A stretch of 64,000 bases of DNA from the human T2T-CHM13v2.0 reference genome, Homo sapiens, in assembly GCF_009914755.1 (NCBI RefSeq), contig NC_060934.1. One strand, given 5' to 3'. Positions 13,393 to 27,330 of the stretch are shown piece after piece; within the stretch, counting starts at the first letter, position 1, and every line of letters starts with the position of its first letter. The notes under the pieces were generated by a model. That model worked only from the letters and a program-made list of their open reading frames with translations. It was not told where the DNA came from and searched no databases. The translations under genes and the position numbers were made by a program.

Positions 13393-14194
13393 ATTTCTGC
13401 CTTCTGTGCTGCATTCTGGATGTTTTCTTCAGAACTGTGCTCCCATTTATTAATTCTCTCTTGTGCTGTGTTTATTTGGTATTGAACCATCCTCTGTTAA
13501 ACAAATTATTTTATTTTCTGTATTTCTGAAATTCCTATTTGGTTCTGTTTTTTTCTGAGCTTTCATCTCTCCCCCTAAGTGTTCCATCTTGCTTTAGAAA
13601 ATGTCCTTTCTCCTATTGAGCGTGGTCATATTAGGGTCTGTGTCTGAAACTCCAACTGGAGTGTCTGTCCTGCTGCCTGTTGTTTCTTCTGCATTTGGGT
13701 TTTATCTCCTGTGTCTGCTTGTTTTTTGTGTGTGGCAATATTCTATTTATAATTTTTTGTAGAGTTATTTTGATCTAATGAGTAAGAGGACCATCTTAAT
13801 TTAAGTCAGGAGTGGAGACCATTTCAAGCTATAAACACTGTAAGGGGCTGTTTGCCTTGAGCCCACCTTGGCCCTGGGAGGCAGGCCGACCCGCCCCCTT
13901 AGCCTCCCGTGGGTGCTGAAGCACCTCTCAGCCCTTCAGCTTCTCAGGGACTCTTACAGGAAAATCTCCCCTCCCATCCCTGTCCTTCCCCAGGTCCTGG
14001 CTTGGCAACTCTTCCCTCTCCTGTTCACTCTTGTGGCACTCTCCTTGGTGCCACCAAGGAGAATTGCAGGTGCCCCTGCCAACATCTCCCACCATCCTCA
14101 GGGTTTGTGGTGCAGTCCCATGGGGAGTGGGATTCTCCAGCTTTACAGAACCTTCAGGGAACCATCATTCAGTATCTGTCAATGCTGTACACAG

Positions 14195-14225
<31 letters not shown>

Positions 14226-14404
14226 AAGGGTCTTTAGTCCCTTGTTAAGTTTTATGACTGGCAAACATTTCTCTCTCAGAATGGCAGAGTTTTGCAGGCC
14301 TGGGTGGGAGAGCACATCTAGGCAGAGACGACGTTGAAAGGTTTTCATGCCAGAGAAAGCTCAGAGTTTTGACTCCAGGGGTGTGGCTGTGAGCAATGAG
14401 GGAT

Positions 14405-14535
14405 GTCCATGGAGAGGCTGATCCTGGTTCAGAAGAATTGGGATGGTGCTATCAGCCTGAGGCTTCTGAATCCATGGAGAGGCTGATCCTGGTTCAGAAG
14501 AAGAGGGATGGTGCTCTTAGCCCGAGGCTTCTGAA
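14405..14535. repeat. 65-bp tandem duplication (2 copies)
   Basis: TCCATGGAGAGGCTGATCCTGGTTCAGAAGAA..GGGATGGTGCT..GAGGCTTCTGAA occurs twice. Confidence 0.9.
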
Positions 14536-15044
14536 GGGAGGTATGGCTCACTGCAGCAGGGTGAGGCTTTCTAGCCCCCGAGCCAGCAAAGCACAGTGGG
14601 GAGAGTCTGGCATCCTAAGATGATGGTGGGGGCCAGTTGGCTTTTATGGCACCGTCCTAGTCTGTGCTTTTCCCGTTAGCCCTGTGACCACCTTCGTAAC
14701 CCCACTGAATCGAGGCCCATGTGATTGTTTCAGGTCTGGGGAACCAAACAGCAGCCTGAAACCAGCTGGAATCTTCCCTTGGTGAGAAGGGAGAGGAAGC
14801 CCGCTGCAGCCTTTCCAGAGTGCCTCTCTCTCCCGTCCGCTTACCTCACACTCTCAGCCCAACCCTGCCTGTTTCCCAAAACCCTGTGGGAGCCCTTCTC
14901 CCAGCTCCATTCCCTCATTCCTCTAGGACTCTGCGCAGTGTCACCGCCACACTGAGAGTGCTCCTGATCCTTTTATTAGGGCTGAGGGTCACTTTTTAAT
15001 CCTTCTTTTGCCTTTTTTTTTTTTTTTGACAAAGCACTCATATT

Positions 15045-15185
15045 TTGTTTGTCCGTCTCCCCTACTGGAATGCAATCACCCGGAGGTATGGATTTTTGAC
15101 TATTTTGTTCACTGCTCTATTCTCAATGTAGGATTGTGCCCGGCACTTTGTAAATCATCAATACACATTTGCTGAATGATTAAGC
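15045..15185 (+). mobile_element. L2 3'-end fragment
   Basis: ctcccctactggaatg..ttgttcactgct..gtgcccggcac..caata.acatttgctgaatga resembles the L2 3' tail. Confidence 0.6.
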
Positions 15186-15557
15186 AAATGCCTGGATTAT
15201 GCTGATCAATTTCTCGATGTTGGATACATTTAATGTATTGACAATGGAAGTATTTTCCTGGAGTTAATGATACAATTCTCAGGAGCAATGTAATTAAGTT
15301 CGTTGCTTAAATTCTATTGGGAAACAATTCCTTAAGATCATGGTGGAAATTAAATGAAAATTAATTATTATACAAAATATTTTTAAAAGGATTCTCCAGA
15401 AAATGAAAACAAAGTTTTTCAATAATTTTATATTTATCATAAGCTATGTGCCATCTAATTTGCCTAGAAAGTTCTGTGCTAATCTATAAAAATGTCTTAT
15501 TAAGTAGTTCTTTGTTGAATTTAACTTTTTTAGTTTTCATGAAAAGATATTAGGATT

Positions 15558-15703
15558 TCTTTTCTTTCTTTCTTTTTTCTTTCTGTAGACATGGGGTCTG
15601 GCTATGTTGGCCAGGCTGGTCTCAAACTCCTGGCCTCAAGTGATCCTCCCACCTCAGCCTTCCAAAGTGCTCGGATTACAGGCATGAGCCACCACGCTTA
15701 GCT
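15558..15703 (-). mobile_element. Alu monomer (FLAM/AluJ left arm)
   Basis: Reverse Alu left-arm sequence preceded by T-rich tail. Confidence 0.88.
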
Positions 15704-18700
15704 AAGACTGCCTTTTAGATTGTTCTAGCAAGATTTATAATTTTTTCCACCAAAAATTCCTGCAAGGGCATGGGAAGATAAATTTCTAGCTCTAGTGACT
15801 GTAAGAAACAGCAGGCTGCTAAAATATTTCTGTAATGCTTATGTGTTTATTACTAAACATTTGTAAAAATTTTGTAGGTTACTCCAAAATAGACCTCTGT
15901 TTAATGTAAAAATAATATTGCAAATCACTTACCATCTGGATAAAATATTTGCTACTGCTTCACTATGTTATTTTGCAAAATACTCTTAATTATCATTAAT
16001 TTCAGAAATTTCTCCTGAATTAAAGAGGTCTGATACTCCATAGAATTTTCCTCAACTTAGTGTGACAACATTTTGAAAATCTGGACTCATAAAAAAAATG
16101 GACATAAATGGCAACAGAGAGAGACTTTGAATGCCAAAAATAGGTGGCATTGGGAAATTTCAGAAGCTATTAGTATTGGTACACATTTCAGTACATATGT
16201 GACTTCACATTTCAGTACGTATCTAACTTCTTTTCTGACAAATGGTTTTGCTGTGAAACATGGATGCCTGAAAGGGCTTCAGACGCCCCAGCTGGCCCTT
16301 TTCACACTCCAGGAAATTGTGTGCTGTGGAGGAAGACAGCCCGTGCTCTCCTCTATTTTATCACCAGCACTGCAATGTTCATCACGTGAACATAAACCAA
16401 GAGTCTTAAACAAGTCATGGTTCTAACAATCAATTCTCTGGGTCCATCTCTCAGATTTCATGTTCGTTGCCAAGACCTTGAGGTGGGCTGTAAAAATAAT
16501 CACAGTTTTATCTTCAGTGTGGACTAAGAAATTAATCATTGACAACATATCTGTTTAACATGCTGTTAACACAAACAGCGAATTTATCCTACCCAGATTT
16601 CTTTTTTTCTTGATGAAGAGAAATAAAAATTTAGCCTTGATGTTGAAAGCTCAGAGAAGCATATATCCTCAGCTTGGTGGAACAGCCTGTCAAAGTGGCT
16701 ATTTCATCTCACTTTTTCCTAAAAGGATGATTATTCAAAGCATAGAGTTTTATTAATTACTATCCCCATCATTTTGTTCATCTTACTGAATTCACTGAGA
16801 AGGACCAAGGGCAAACTCCTTTAGGCTATCTGTACTCAGGAAATAATGCAACTTTTGCTGAAGGATTCAGCGTTTGAGACAGCCTCGAAATGGGCTTCTG
16901 GTCCTGAAGTTTTGCCATAGATTTAGACTGGAAAGTGCAGAATTTTTCAAGTATATCCTTCAAGAACATTACTATGCATCCCGTGACTGTGTGAGTAAGG
17001 GTATCTTTTTCAGCTTGGTTGCTTCTTTTTAACTCAGAGCTGATTTAGCCATATCTAAATTGCTGGGCCTCATTCTGCTAATACATAATCTTCATCTTCT
17101 AAGGCAGTTCTGCAAACTGACCTTGAGGGAAGCTTCAAGCAAACTTCATTTGCTTATTTGAGGGTGCTTTTTATTATTATCCCTGTGCAAGATCTCTCTC
17201 TCTCTTTCTTTTGGTGCAAGAAATTCTGATGATTTCTTTTCAAAATTTGCATGATTGGTTTTTAAATGTCCATCAAGAACAATGCAGGGACAGCTTAGGG
17301 GTTGCATGCAGGCAAGGTACCAAGATTTAGGCTCATTTGCGTCTCCAAAATAATGAAAACCAGATTCCCAATAAGCATGTAAATGGAGGCTGAAATATTT
17401 AGTCAGGCTGCACCGGCCGTGGTGTGGCAGGTGCCACCTGGGATCGGAAGCAGACAGGTGTCTCTCGGGCTTGGCTATTATCTGTGCCACTCAATGATGT
17501 CAGGTGGATCTGAATTTCTCTAATTGCGTTTTCTAAAATTCACTGTGTTCACACTTAGGATTGGACATTCCTGTTTTTATTTATGTTGACATGTTCCCAG
17601 ATGGACACATGATTGAAAATCAGCACTGGGAGACTGGCTGCTGAGGGTGACATGCCAGTGCCCAGGGAGGGCAAAACCTGCTCCGTTGACGGTGGCTTGG
17701 GGAGGGCGTGGTTGCATTTGTACTCCATATTTCCTTGTGCTGCGCAAGCTTAAATAAGCCCTTCAGTAGGTGCTGGACAAAGAGCGGGGATGGCCTAAGG
17801 AAAACGCGCAGAAAAAGAGTGCAGGAGCCACTTGGCAAACAGGTGAAAATCCTCTCCTTTCTGGGGCAGAGGTTTTCTCCGTTTCCCCCACATATCTGCC
17901 TGATTCTGCCACAGGCAGGCCCTTCAGAGAGCTCTCCCACTCCAGCAAGGGAGGCTGACTCAAAGACCTGGTGTTCTGCAGGCCCAGCATGAGGCTGGCG
18001 GTGATTCAGAAACCCACCCCCCCCCGCTTCCCGCTGTTCCTGTGAAAGGCCAGGAGTCGCCTCCTGTCAGTGTGTCCTTCACAAAACCCTCCCAAGACCA
18101 CTCCCGGGGCTTTCTAGGGCACCTCGCAGCTGCCAAGGGACTCTTCATCCTTGCAGCTGGCTGTGTGCCAGGCAGCCCGGGCAGGCCCCAGGTAACGTGG
18201 GGAAGTAGAGGCTTGGGGAGGCTCGGGTCTCTGAGGACATCTGGGCTGTGGGGAATCCTGGTGCGGAGCCGGCCCAGTACTCGCGGAGTAACCTGGCAGC
18301 CTCTGGAGGGTGTGGAGGGCCCGGGGCCCTGGGTTCCGAAGACCCGCTCTGGCCACGTGACCTTGGCGCCCCCCGCCCCTCCTCGCCCACCTGGCTCTTC
18401 CTCAGCATCGCCTCCTGTGGGCGGCCAGGTGGGCAGGTGGGCGGCCAGGTGGGCAGGTGGGGCCTCTTGGGTGAGCCCAACACTAGTGATTCTGTTTTCA
18501 GAACTCCTTCAGACACCGCTGTGAAAACAGCACCATCACACAATCACGAATTCACATCAGGACCTGGCCTATTGCTATATGCAGAGAGATGCTGAAACCT
18601 TTCATTTTTTCTTTTTAAAATCGTAGGACTTTGCCCATTAAATCCTAAATTGCCACTAGCCAACATGGATGAAGTCTGCGAGGGATGGCACCGCCGGGCA

Positions 18701-18761
18701 CACCTGTGTCTGGCCTGGTGGTGGGAAGGAGGTGGAGGGCCCCCGGGAAGGGGGTTCTTAC

Positions 18762-18943
18762 CGCTGAGGAGAGGCCGGTTGTGCCGGTAGGAGGCGGGCA
18801 GCTGGCCGACACCCTCCATGCGGTGGCTCATGACGCGTGCGAGGTGGCCCGTGTGGTGCAGGCTGCCCACCACGATGCTCTGCAGGTACACGGGCTCCAC
18901 GAAGTGGGACAGGAGCGCGCCCTGCAGCCCCAGGACGTTCCAC
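18762..18943 (-). CDS. ADARB2: ADAR3 coding exon (exon 8)
   Basis: Encodes (R)[60 protein letters not shown](G); acceptor ccacag|G, donor G|gtaaga; 182 nt. Confidence 0.97.
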
Positions 18944-20352
18944 CTGTGGGGAGAGCCAGCAGTCAGCGGAGCCCCACCCAGGAGCCCAGGGAGCCTGGTC
19001 CTCTCTGTCCGTCTGCGGCCTGGTCCTGAGGACCTGTCAGTCTTCCCATCGTGCGGACCTTGGGGAGCTCCCTGGGAGTGCCCCAGACCCAACCCAGCCA
19101 TCACTGGGGCTCTGGGGACACTGTTGCCTGGGACTGGGCTCCACAGGCCCATGTGTGCTAACAAATGCTGCTCTCTTTTCTGAAAATGAGTCGTTAGAGT
19201 GGAAACTGTTATGTTCTCTGTGGGACTTAGAATTAGATTTTTTTAAAAAGATACTCTGTCCCAAAAGTGAATCTGAATTTTTCTTTATATTAGCTGGGAA
19301 ATACTATAAATGGAATTTGTTTATTTTAGTTTAGGGAAAAATACTTAGTACTCCCTTTGTCCTTAGCAGTCAAAATGACCTATTGTGTTGAAATTACATT
19401 AACAAATGACCTTGTTTTGGTCTGGGCATGATTTTGGTTTCAGAAGCCCAGATTGGAGATGAACAACAAGGCCATTTTGTTTGAAATAAATATAGCTCTG
19501 GGTGAATGTTTTTGCTTCCTCAAGCAAAAATGCCAAGAGCACTGACATTTTTTCCCCTTAAATTTGGGTGGCAAGAGGTTCCATGTGTGTGTTTTTTGAA
19601 GCAACATTCTATGGTTTCCACTCTAAATAATGTGCTTAAAATCCTACCTCCTTCAGCAGCAAGCGTTACGTAGCTAATTTCTTACATCATTGTTCTTTTC
19701 ATTAATTAACATTTCTCCACTGTTAGAGCAATTACTGCTATCCCCGCATGCAGCGTCTCTTTTCATGATTAATAAGGAGTCATTACATTTCCCTTCCCGA
19801 AGCAGTCAATTAACACAGAATTCTTTCCATTAATTACCGAATCTACCTGGAGAGTAATCTTCTCCGAGAACCCGTGATACCAATTGCTTTAAAAAGTTCT
19901 CTTTAAATTTTATTCCAAAAACACAAGCAATTTAGCCAGCGATATTAATTTGCCTCAGAAGCATCTCCATGAATGAGAAACATCTTTTAATCTCATGCAA
20001 GAAAAGGCAGCCATCTGGCTGGTGGGGGTTTCGGGGAGCCGCTCTCCCTCTCTCCCTCTGCAAATGCAGGTCATTAAAGTAATGTGCTCATCTACATAAA
20101 ACTCAAATGGAATATAAAAGGTAATATTTATATACAAACAATTTAGTCCTACAATTTAAACAGTCATTGATTTTATGAAACATTTACTTCAGTCTATCAG
20201 ATTTGCATAACTTCATTTAAAAAAATATTGTGGTCATTTCTACAAGTCACGGTGCTTCTCCCAGAAAGCAAGGGAAGGGCTGGCCACTGGATGTGCGAGC
20301 TTCTACCAGAGGGGTGAGGTCGGGCGCTCTGAAGGGTAGGATGAGATGGAGG

Positions 20353-20772
20353 CCACAGAGCGCCTGTCACCGAGGACCTTCATTCCACAGAGTGTCTGCC
20401 TGGATCTCGGATGGTCGTAAGCCACAGAGCACCTGTCACTGAGGACCTTCATTCCACAGCATGTCTGCCTGGATGTCGGATGGTCGGAGGACACACAGCG
20501 CCTGTCACCGAGGACCTTCATTCCACAGCGTGTCTGCCTGGATCTCGGATGGTGGGAGGACACACAGCGCCTGTCACTGAGGACCTTCATTCCACAGCGT
20601 GTCTGCCTGGATCTCGGATGGTGGGAGGACACACAGCGCCTGTCACTGAGGACCCTTCATTCCACAGCGTGTCTGCCTGGATCTCGGATGGTGGGAGGAC
20701 ACACAGCGCCTGTCACCGAGGACCTTCATTCCACAGATTCCACAGTGTGTCTCCCTGGATCTTGGATGGTGG
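20353..20772. repeat. 69-bp minisatellite, ~6 copies
   Basis: Unit ACACACAGCGCCTGTCACYGAGGACCTTCATTCCACAGCGTGTCTGCCTGGATCTCGGATGGTGGGAGG (20491, 20560, 20629). Confidence 0.95.
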
Positions 20773-20859
20773 CTCTTCAGAGTCAATCTTTTCCTTGATG
20801 TTCACCGATAAGTCAGAGAATGGCAACAAATCCTGGGAAAGGAGATTTTTTGTAACTGA

Positions 20860-21276
<417 letters not shown>

Positions 21277-22613
21277 GGCTGACATTTTTGAGGAGCGGTT
21301 GAGGGATTTGGCTTCTTCCCTTGACTCTGAGACCAGAGGACAGACCAAAGGCTGGGAGGAAATTCAGCAGTGTGGCCCTCCTCGGGACGTAAGATGCCCG
21401 TTCTCAGATTTGGAGATGCCAGAAAACAAGGCCCAGGAAAGGACCCAGTGCAGGGCCCAGGGCTCCGGGTACTGTGGTCCCAGTGGGCCTGTTAATTCTC
21501 AGACTGTTAGTGCGTCTTAAAATGTCTTATAAAGCAGGGAAAGGTACATTTCCGCCATCTGTAACAAAGCACCTTCGTGAAATAAGCCACGAGTTAAAAA
21601 GTAAAATTGGGATTCCTGGAAGAGACGCCTCCGTGTTAGAGGCCGTCAGAGCACGGGCTTTGAACAAAACTTCCGGAACGTATGTGAGTGGCTGTGATGC
21701 TGCAGGACCGTCGGAAGACAAATAACTTCTCTATCTGGTTCCTACCTAATAACCTTTACAATAAAGAGGAAATCAACCTTCTCCTTGCCTGGCTACCAGA
21801 GATTAAACTTACTCTGCTAAGATGATCAATAAAACCAAATGTCTTTCTGAATATGAGCTGGAGAATTTTCAGCATTCAGGATTGAATGGAAAAATGCCTC
21901 TCCTTTTGTTCAAACAGCTGATATTACTGCAATGTTGACAGAAAAAAAACCCATGTCTAGTTTTCAATATAGATAATCCCTAAATAAATATATTTTTGTC
22001 TCTTTGTCAGTCATTGAAATACCACAGATAAGTGGGGAAGGTCTTGGAAAAAGGCTGCCATTCTTTAGCCAGGAGATGCAACCTGCTCACTGAGTCCAGG
22101 CTGCAGCCTCCAGGCCACAATGGAAGGAAAGACAGGTCTCCGGTGGGTTGACGACACCTCAGGCTGTCCCTGCAGGTGCGCCGGCATCAGGCAGGGAACA
22201 GGACCGCCCTTGCCTGTTTTGGACGCTTTGGTTTTCCGCCGTGACGCGGCCCTGTGAGGAGAAGTAACTCTCTAAAGTTACATGAAGCCTGCAGCAAAGT
22301 CCTCAGCTGCCACCCGGCCCGGCGTCTGCAGCTCTGCAGGGCTGGCTGTCAGGGCTGCTGCTGGGATCATCTGGGAGCTTTGAGGATCTCCAGAGGCCTG
22401 GCTCCCCCAAGGATTTTGGTGTCACTGGGGAGTCAGTGCGGCCATCAGCTTTCTCGGTGCCGCCCACGTGATTCTCCTGTGAGCCAGGGTTGAAGACTTC
22501 TGCAGCAAAGCGGCACATTTGGAGCCAACACAGTCAGGTACCAGTTAGGTCGTGATGCTGGTCAGTGGGGCCTCCCTTGACCGTTCTCTTGCTGCTCTGA
22601 GCGACTGTCTTCT

Positions 22614-22795
22614 CAGTGGACCTCAAAGTGGGATGTCTGGGCCAGCCATGGAGCATCACCTGAGAAGTTGATAGAAATGCAGATTCCTGGCTGCACCCCG
22701 GAGCTGCTGGCTCTTGAACTCTGGGGTGAGGCCCGGCAGTGCAAGTTCTAAGGAGGCTCCAGGTGGCTCTGAGGCTGCTCAGTTCGAGAACCACC
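22614..22795. mobile_element. MER5A-like hAT DNA transposon relic
   Basis: cagtgg..ctcaaagtg..agcatcacctgagaagttgatagaaatgcagattcct..ttcgagaaccac, with degenerate terminal inverted repeats. Confidence 0.7.
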
Positions 22796-24063
22796 GTCTC
22801 CGTGTTGGTTCTGGGGTCACAGTAACTGTATCTACCTTTCATGGCATTGGAAGAGCACAGGGGACAGTTGAATCTCTGGCCAGTCTGGGGGTGACATTTC
22901 CCTTCCTCCACACCCTACCTCCAAACCCTGTCTCACACCTTCTTCCTCCCACCTTTTGACAAGACAGGTAATAAGTCTGAGACGTCTCTGCATACAGGCC
23001 CCACCCCATTTCCAGGCCACTCAGACCTATTCTGGGGGCCTTTCAAGGTGAAATAGAAGCCAACAGCCTTTTGACTCAATAACACACCTGCTAGGAATTC
23101 ACCCAGCATCTGCATTCTCAATGGAACGCCTGATATATGGATGGGGCCAGTCTTGAAGGGGCTGTTTGTAATTGCAAAGCAGACAAAGCACGGCAAAGCA
23201 GAAATGGGAAATCACCTGAGTGCGTCTTAACAGGGAACTGGTTACATAAATGATGGTGCATTATTGACACCCTGGCCTGCCTGACCATGGGTCCCACAGC
23301 TCTCGTGCCTCTGAAGCGGGCCTGGCTTGCTGGGACACCCTCAGGGCCAGGAGGCCACAGCTGCCCCACCTGCACCTTCTGTCGCGTGGACGCTCCGCCC
23401 CTCACTGGCTCCTGCCGGCCTCACCCGTCACATTGTGTAGGACGCTTGTGACTGCTCTAAAACCACAGGGCTTTCAAGCTGTCCCCTCCAAGGTCCCCTC
23501 CTGTGTCCAGCACCATCGTGACTGCCTCCTGCCGGGCTGCCCCTGCCTGGCCCTCAGGTGCCTGTGGTTTAAATCTCCTGGCATTGCTGAGCACGGGTCT
23601 GGTGTGCAGATGGAGGTGACTGATGCGTAGGAGGAAGCTGATGGACAGTTCGTCCCTTCGCCAGCAGCTGTGTTGTGTTCAAAGGTGGAAACAAACCAGC
23701 TAGGCTCTCAGTGACCCCACCCAACAGGCATTTCCTCAACGTGACTGTGACATCCACAGGGTGGGCCTGCACCTGCCTTGAGCCTCTGCAGCTTGGGATG
23801 CCTCAGCCTGAGGTGCTGGGATGATGCCACCTGGGACTGGGTCCCCTGACCTCCTGGGTTCTCCCTTAGGTCCCGGCTGCCATTCTGCAGAGACTCCTGA
23901 GTCCGTGAAGTGGATCCAGGGCCTCCAACCGCCCCAGCTGATCTGCCAGGAAAGGGGTCCCTGCTGCCCGGGGGCTGCCTCGGCTGGCGCCACGTGGAGA
24001 TGAAGTGAGCCAACCCCCGAGCTCAAAGGGAGGGCTTGGGAGTACACGAGGGCCTTGTCGTTT

Positions 24064-24100
24064 TAGGGCCACCTAAAACAACAGGTTTTAGGTGGCCCTA
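24064..24100. repeat. Perfect 16-bp inverted repeat with 5-nt loop
   Basis: TAGGGCCACCTAAAAC-aacag-GTTTTAGGTGGCCCTA. Confidence 0.97.
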
Positions 24101-24128
24101 GGGTTCTGAGGTGGTTTGCTTCACAGCA

Positions 24129-24274
24129 GGAGACAACTCACTGGAGCCCGTGGCACAGCCTGAGGGAGACAACTCACGGGAGCCCGTGGCACAGCCTGAG
24201 GGAGACAACTCACTGGAGCCCGTGGCACAGCCTGAGGGAGACAACTCACGGGAGCCCGTGGCACAGCCTGAGGG
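24129..24274. repeat. 36-bp minisatellite, 4 copies in ABAB order
   Basis: GGAGACAACTCAC(T/G)GGAGCCCGTGGCACAGCCTGAG with alternating T/G variant. Confidence 0.95.
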
Positions 24275-24649
24275 GTCTCTGGGTTGCCCACAGCTTCCCC
24301 AGGAGCTCACACAGGTCAGGCCAAGGGGAAGGGAGCACAGTGCACACCCCCAGGCTCTGCGGTCCGAATGCTTGTGTTCCCAAAAATTCACATGGAATCC
24401 TCACCTCCCAGAGTGCTCCCCAGCCCCTTCCACCATGGGAGGACGCGGCACAGGGTGCCGTTACCACCTGGGAAGCACAGCCTCACCAGACGCGGAAACT
24501 GCTGGAGCAGAGACCTTGGCTTCCAGCCTCCAGCGCCAAGAGGAGCGGATTCCTGTCGTGGGCCAGCGTGTTCCGCGTGGTGGCCGGGATGGACCGAGAC
24601 TGGGTAGATGCCATCCTGACTGCTGACGTTTGGGACGTGAGACATCTGG

Positions 24650-24842
24650 GGGCATGGGGCAGCCCGCTGCGGCCAGGTGGGGTCATGGGGCAGCCCACTG
24701 GGGTCAGGTGGAGGTCACGGGGCAGCCCGCTGGGGTCAGGTGGGGTCACGGGGCAGCCCGATGGGGTCAGGTGGGTGTCACGGGGCAGCCCGCTGGGGTC
24801 AGGTGGTTCACGGGGCAGCTGGGCTCAGGTGGGGTGGGTGGG
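24650..24842. repeat. ~31-bp G-rich minisatellite, ~6 copies
   Basis: TGGGGTCACGGGGCAGCCCGCTGGGGTCAGG-type units. Confidence 0.9.
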
Positions 24843-25125
24843 ATATTCAGCCGCTTCCGATTATTTTCAGTAAATTACTTCCAGGCCACACATATCTCAT
24901 TTCTCTTCTGAAAAACCCGTCTCAAAAACTCCCTTTCTCTTGATATTTCTCTGGCCAAGTCTACCCTGCAACACGCTGGTAAAATGTAAAATTCCTTCGC
25001 ACGAGAGTGAAGAGGATGATCCCCAGGTGCGTCTCTCCATTCCCGGGTCCTAACGATTCCTCCTTAAGCCGGCTACCTGCGCGGGGGCCACGCTCTCCCA
25101 CTGGGAGGATGGTTTCTGGGACATG

Positions 25126-25362
25126 CGGCGTCTCCTCCTTGTGCCTGTGCGTCTGAGAGAACTGGGGCGTCTCCTTGAACTGGGACGTCTCCTCCTCGTG
25201 CCTGTGTGGTCTGAGAGAACTGGGGCGTCTCCTCCAACTGGGGCGTCTCCTCCTCATGCCTGTGCGTCTGAGAGAACTGCGGAGTCTCCTCCTCGTGCCT
25301 GTGTGGTCTGAGAGAACTGCGGGGTCTCCTCCTCGTGCCTGTGCGGTCTGAGAGAACTGCGG
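25126..25362. repeat. ~38-bp composite minisatellite
   Basis: GTCTCCTCCTCGTGCCTGTG(T/C)GGTCTGAGAGAACTG units interleaved with short AACTGGGGCGTCTCC subunits. Confidence 0.88.
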
Positions 25363-25859
25363 TGGCCCCTTGTGGGCCTCTCGGTTCTGGGGACAGAGGA
25401 CACTTTTCACTCAGCCCGGGGACCTTTGGTTCTTTCTGTGAAGATGGCGCCCGTGAGATGACGCCTTGTGACTCAGGTACCTCAGCCCTGCGCCTCCGTC
25501 TCTGCGTCTCTGTATTGGGTTGGTGGCGTCCACACTGTCTGCGTCGTTGCTGAGCATCCCAGGTCCCCACTCAGCCCGGCCTCGTGTTTTCTCTTGTCCT
25601 CCTGACTGGAGTTCCAGTTCTTACCTTGCAGATGGTGCGCTTGTCACCCTCTGCCGTCTCCACAGCATCTGGGCCGGGTCCCCCCAGGAACTGGGCTCTG
25701 GTCTCAGGAGCTGTGGCCGAGGTCGGTGGTGCTGGTGCAGGAGGGCAGAGCCGCGAAGGCAGCGGGGCTGCTGATTGTTTCATTATTACTTTTTATATTT
25801 GATAAGTGTTAGTGAATTGATCACTGCTTCTTTCCTCACTAGAGGTGTTATGTCACTTA

Positions 25860-26142
<283 letters not shown>

Positions 26143-27029
26143 ATCTGTACAATTTTACTCTTTTAAAAGGAGTAAAAATATTTTTAAACCAGACTGGGGG
26201 AACTTGGGGTTCGGTGTTTAAAAGCAGTTCTGTTAGGAAGGACCTACACTCTGAGATTAGAACAATGAACATCACTCATTTGACCTCAGTGGAGTCAACA
26301 AATCATGGAGGAAGGCGTCAGAATTGTTCCCAGGTGGGCTGCGTGGCCAAGAGGAGGCACGAGAAGCTGTTGTTGAGGGAACATTGAGCAGCTGATCTCT
26401 AGGTGGGGGGAGACGGCACTCTGCACAGGCTAAAATTTAGGTTTAGAAATCAGCCAGTGCCGTATTCCCCAGAGAGCAGCTGTAATTTCTTATGGTTCAT
26501 TTTCATGGAGAAAGTTTTAATCTGTTCATTTAAAGACACATTGTGATCAATAATCAAGCTCAGGTACTTAAAATTAGAAACCATATCTGAAGGAACATTA
26601 GTTCCAGGAGATTTAGATTTTTTATATGCCGCTCAATGTTTGATTAATCTTAGAGACAAAAGCTAAAAGCACCTCTGCAGTTTTCCTCATTCTTTTAGGA
26701 GCCTGGGGTTTGGCTGTTGGTGAGAGTCTAGCCTGGCTCCATAGAGCTGGAAAAACAGGCCGCGTCCACAGGCCTTCAGGATGGGACTGTTAGGCCTGCG
26801 GTGTCCGACCCTCTTCCCATGCAGGGGCAGGGTTTGGTCTCCAGGGCACTCCTAACCTTACCTTGTGGCTTTGCAGGTCAATTCTTATTGACCTGTGACT
26901 ACCACTTTCTGCAGTTCCATCCCATCTTCCCAGGGCTATGGTGGTGGTAGGATTTTAGGAATCGAGTTTACTGTGACTTTATCTGTTCTCTGATTTTCTG
27001 AAGACCGGATAGGTGATTTCTCTCACCTG

Positions 27030-27330
27030 CCAGTGCCAGCCTCCTAGGGCTGCTGTGGGACAACCACAGTGGGGTGGCTTGAAACAGGGATGTTCCCCCA
27101 GTTCTGGAGGCCAGAGTCTGAAAAGGTGTCTGCAGGGTCGTGCTTTCCCTGGGTGCGTGTGGCTGGTGCCACCCCCCGGGGTCCCTGTCCTCCAAGCACC
27201 CACTGGCTCTGAGGTCACAGAGGAGGCCAAGGACACCTGGGTGTGTCTTTCCCTGGCCCCAGCACTCAGGTGCAGGCAGCCGGGCCCCATGCTGGGCCCT
27301 GTCCCTGCCTCCCATTCTCTCACCTCCCTG
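27030..27330. mobile_element. Degenerate MLT1 MaLR LTR fragment
   Basis: cctagggctgctgtgg..ggtggcttgaaaca..cagttctggaggccagagtctgaa.aggtgtctgcagggtcgtgct. Confidence 0.55.

Larger units (their letters stand above)
12480..13760 (-). mobile_element. Ancient L1 (L1M-type) fragment interrupted by an MLT2 LTR and a (TCTA)n tract
   Basis: T-rich, degenerate L1M-like sequence on both sides of the LTR; boundaries approximate. Confidence 0.5.

Noticed and set aside
20353-20772. Regularly spaced direct repeats resembling CRISPR arrays (also 1071-1306, 8492-8764, 31370-31860)
   Set aside because: The units are head-to-tail with no unique spacers, there are no cas genes, and the DNA is human.
24064-24100. 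Hairpin as a pre-miRNA or intrinsic terminator
   Set aside because: The stem is too short for a pre-miRNA, and intrinsic terminators do not apply to Pol II introns.
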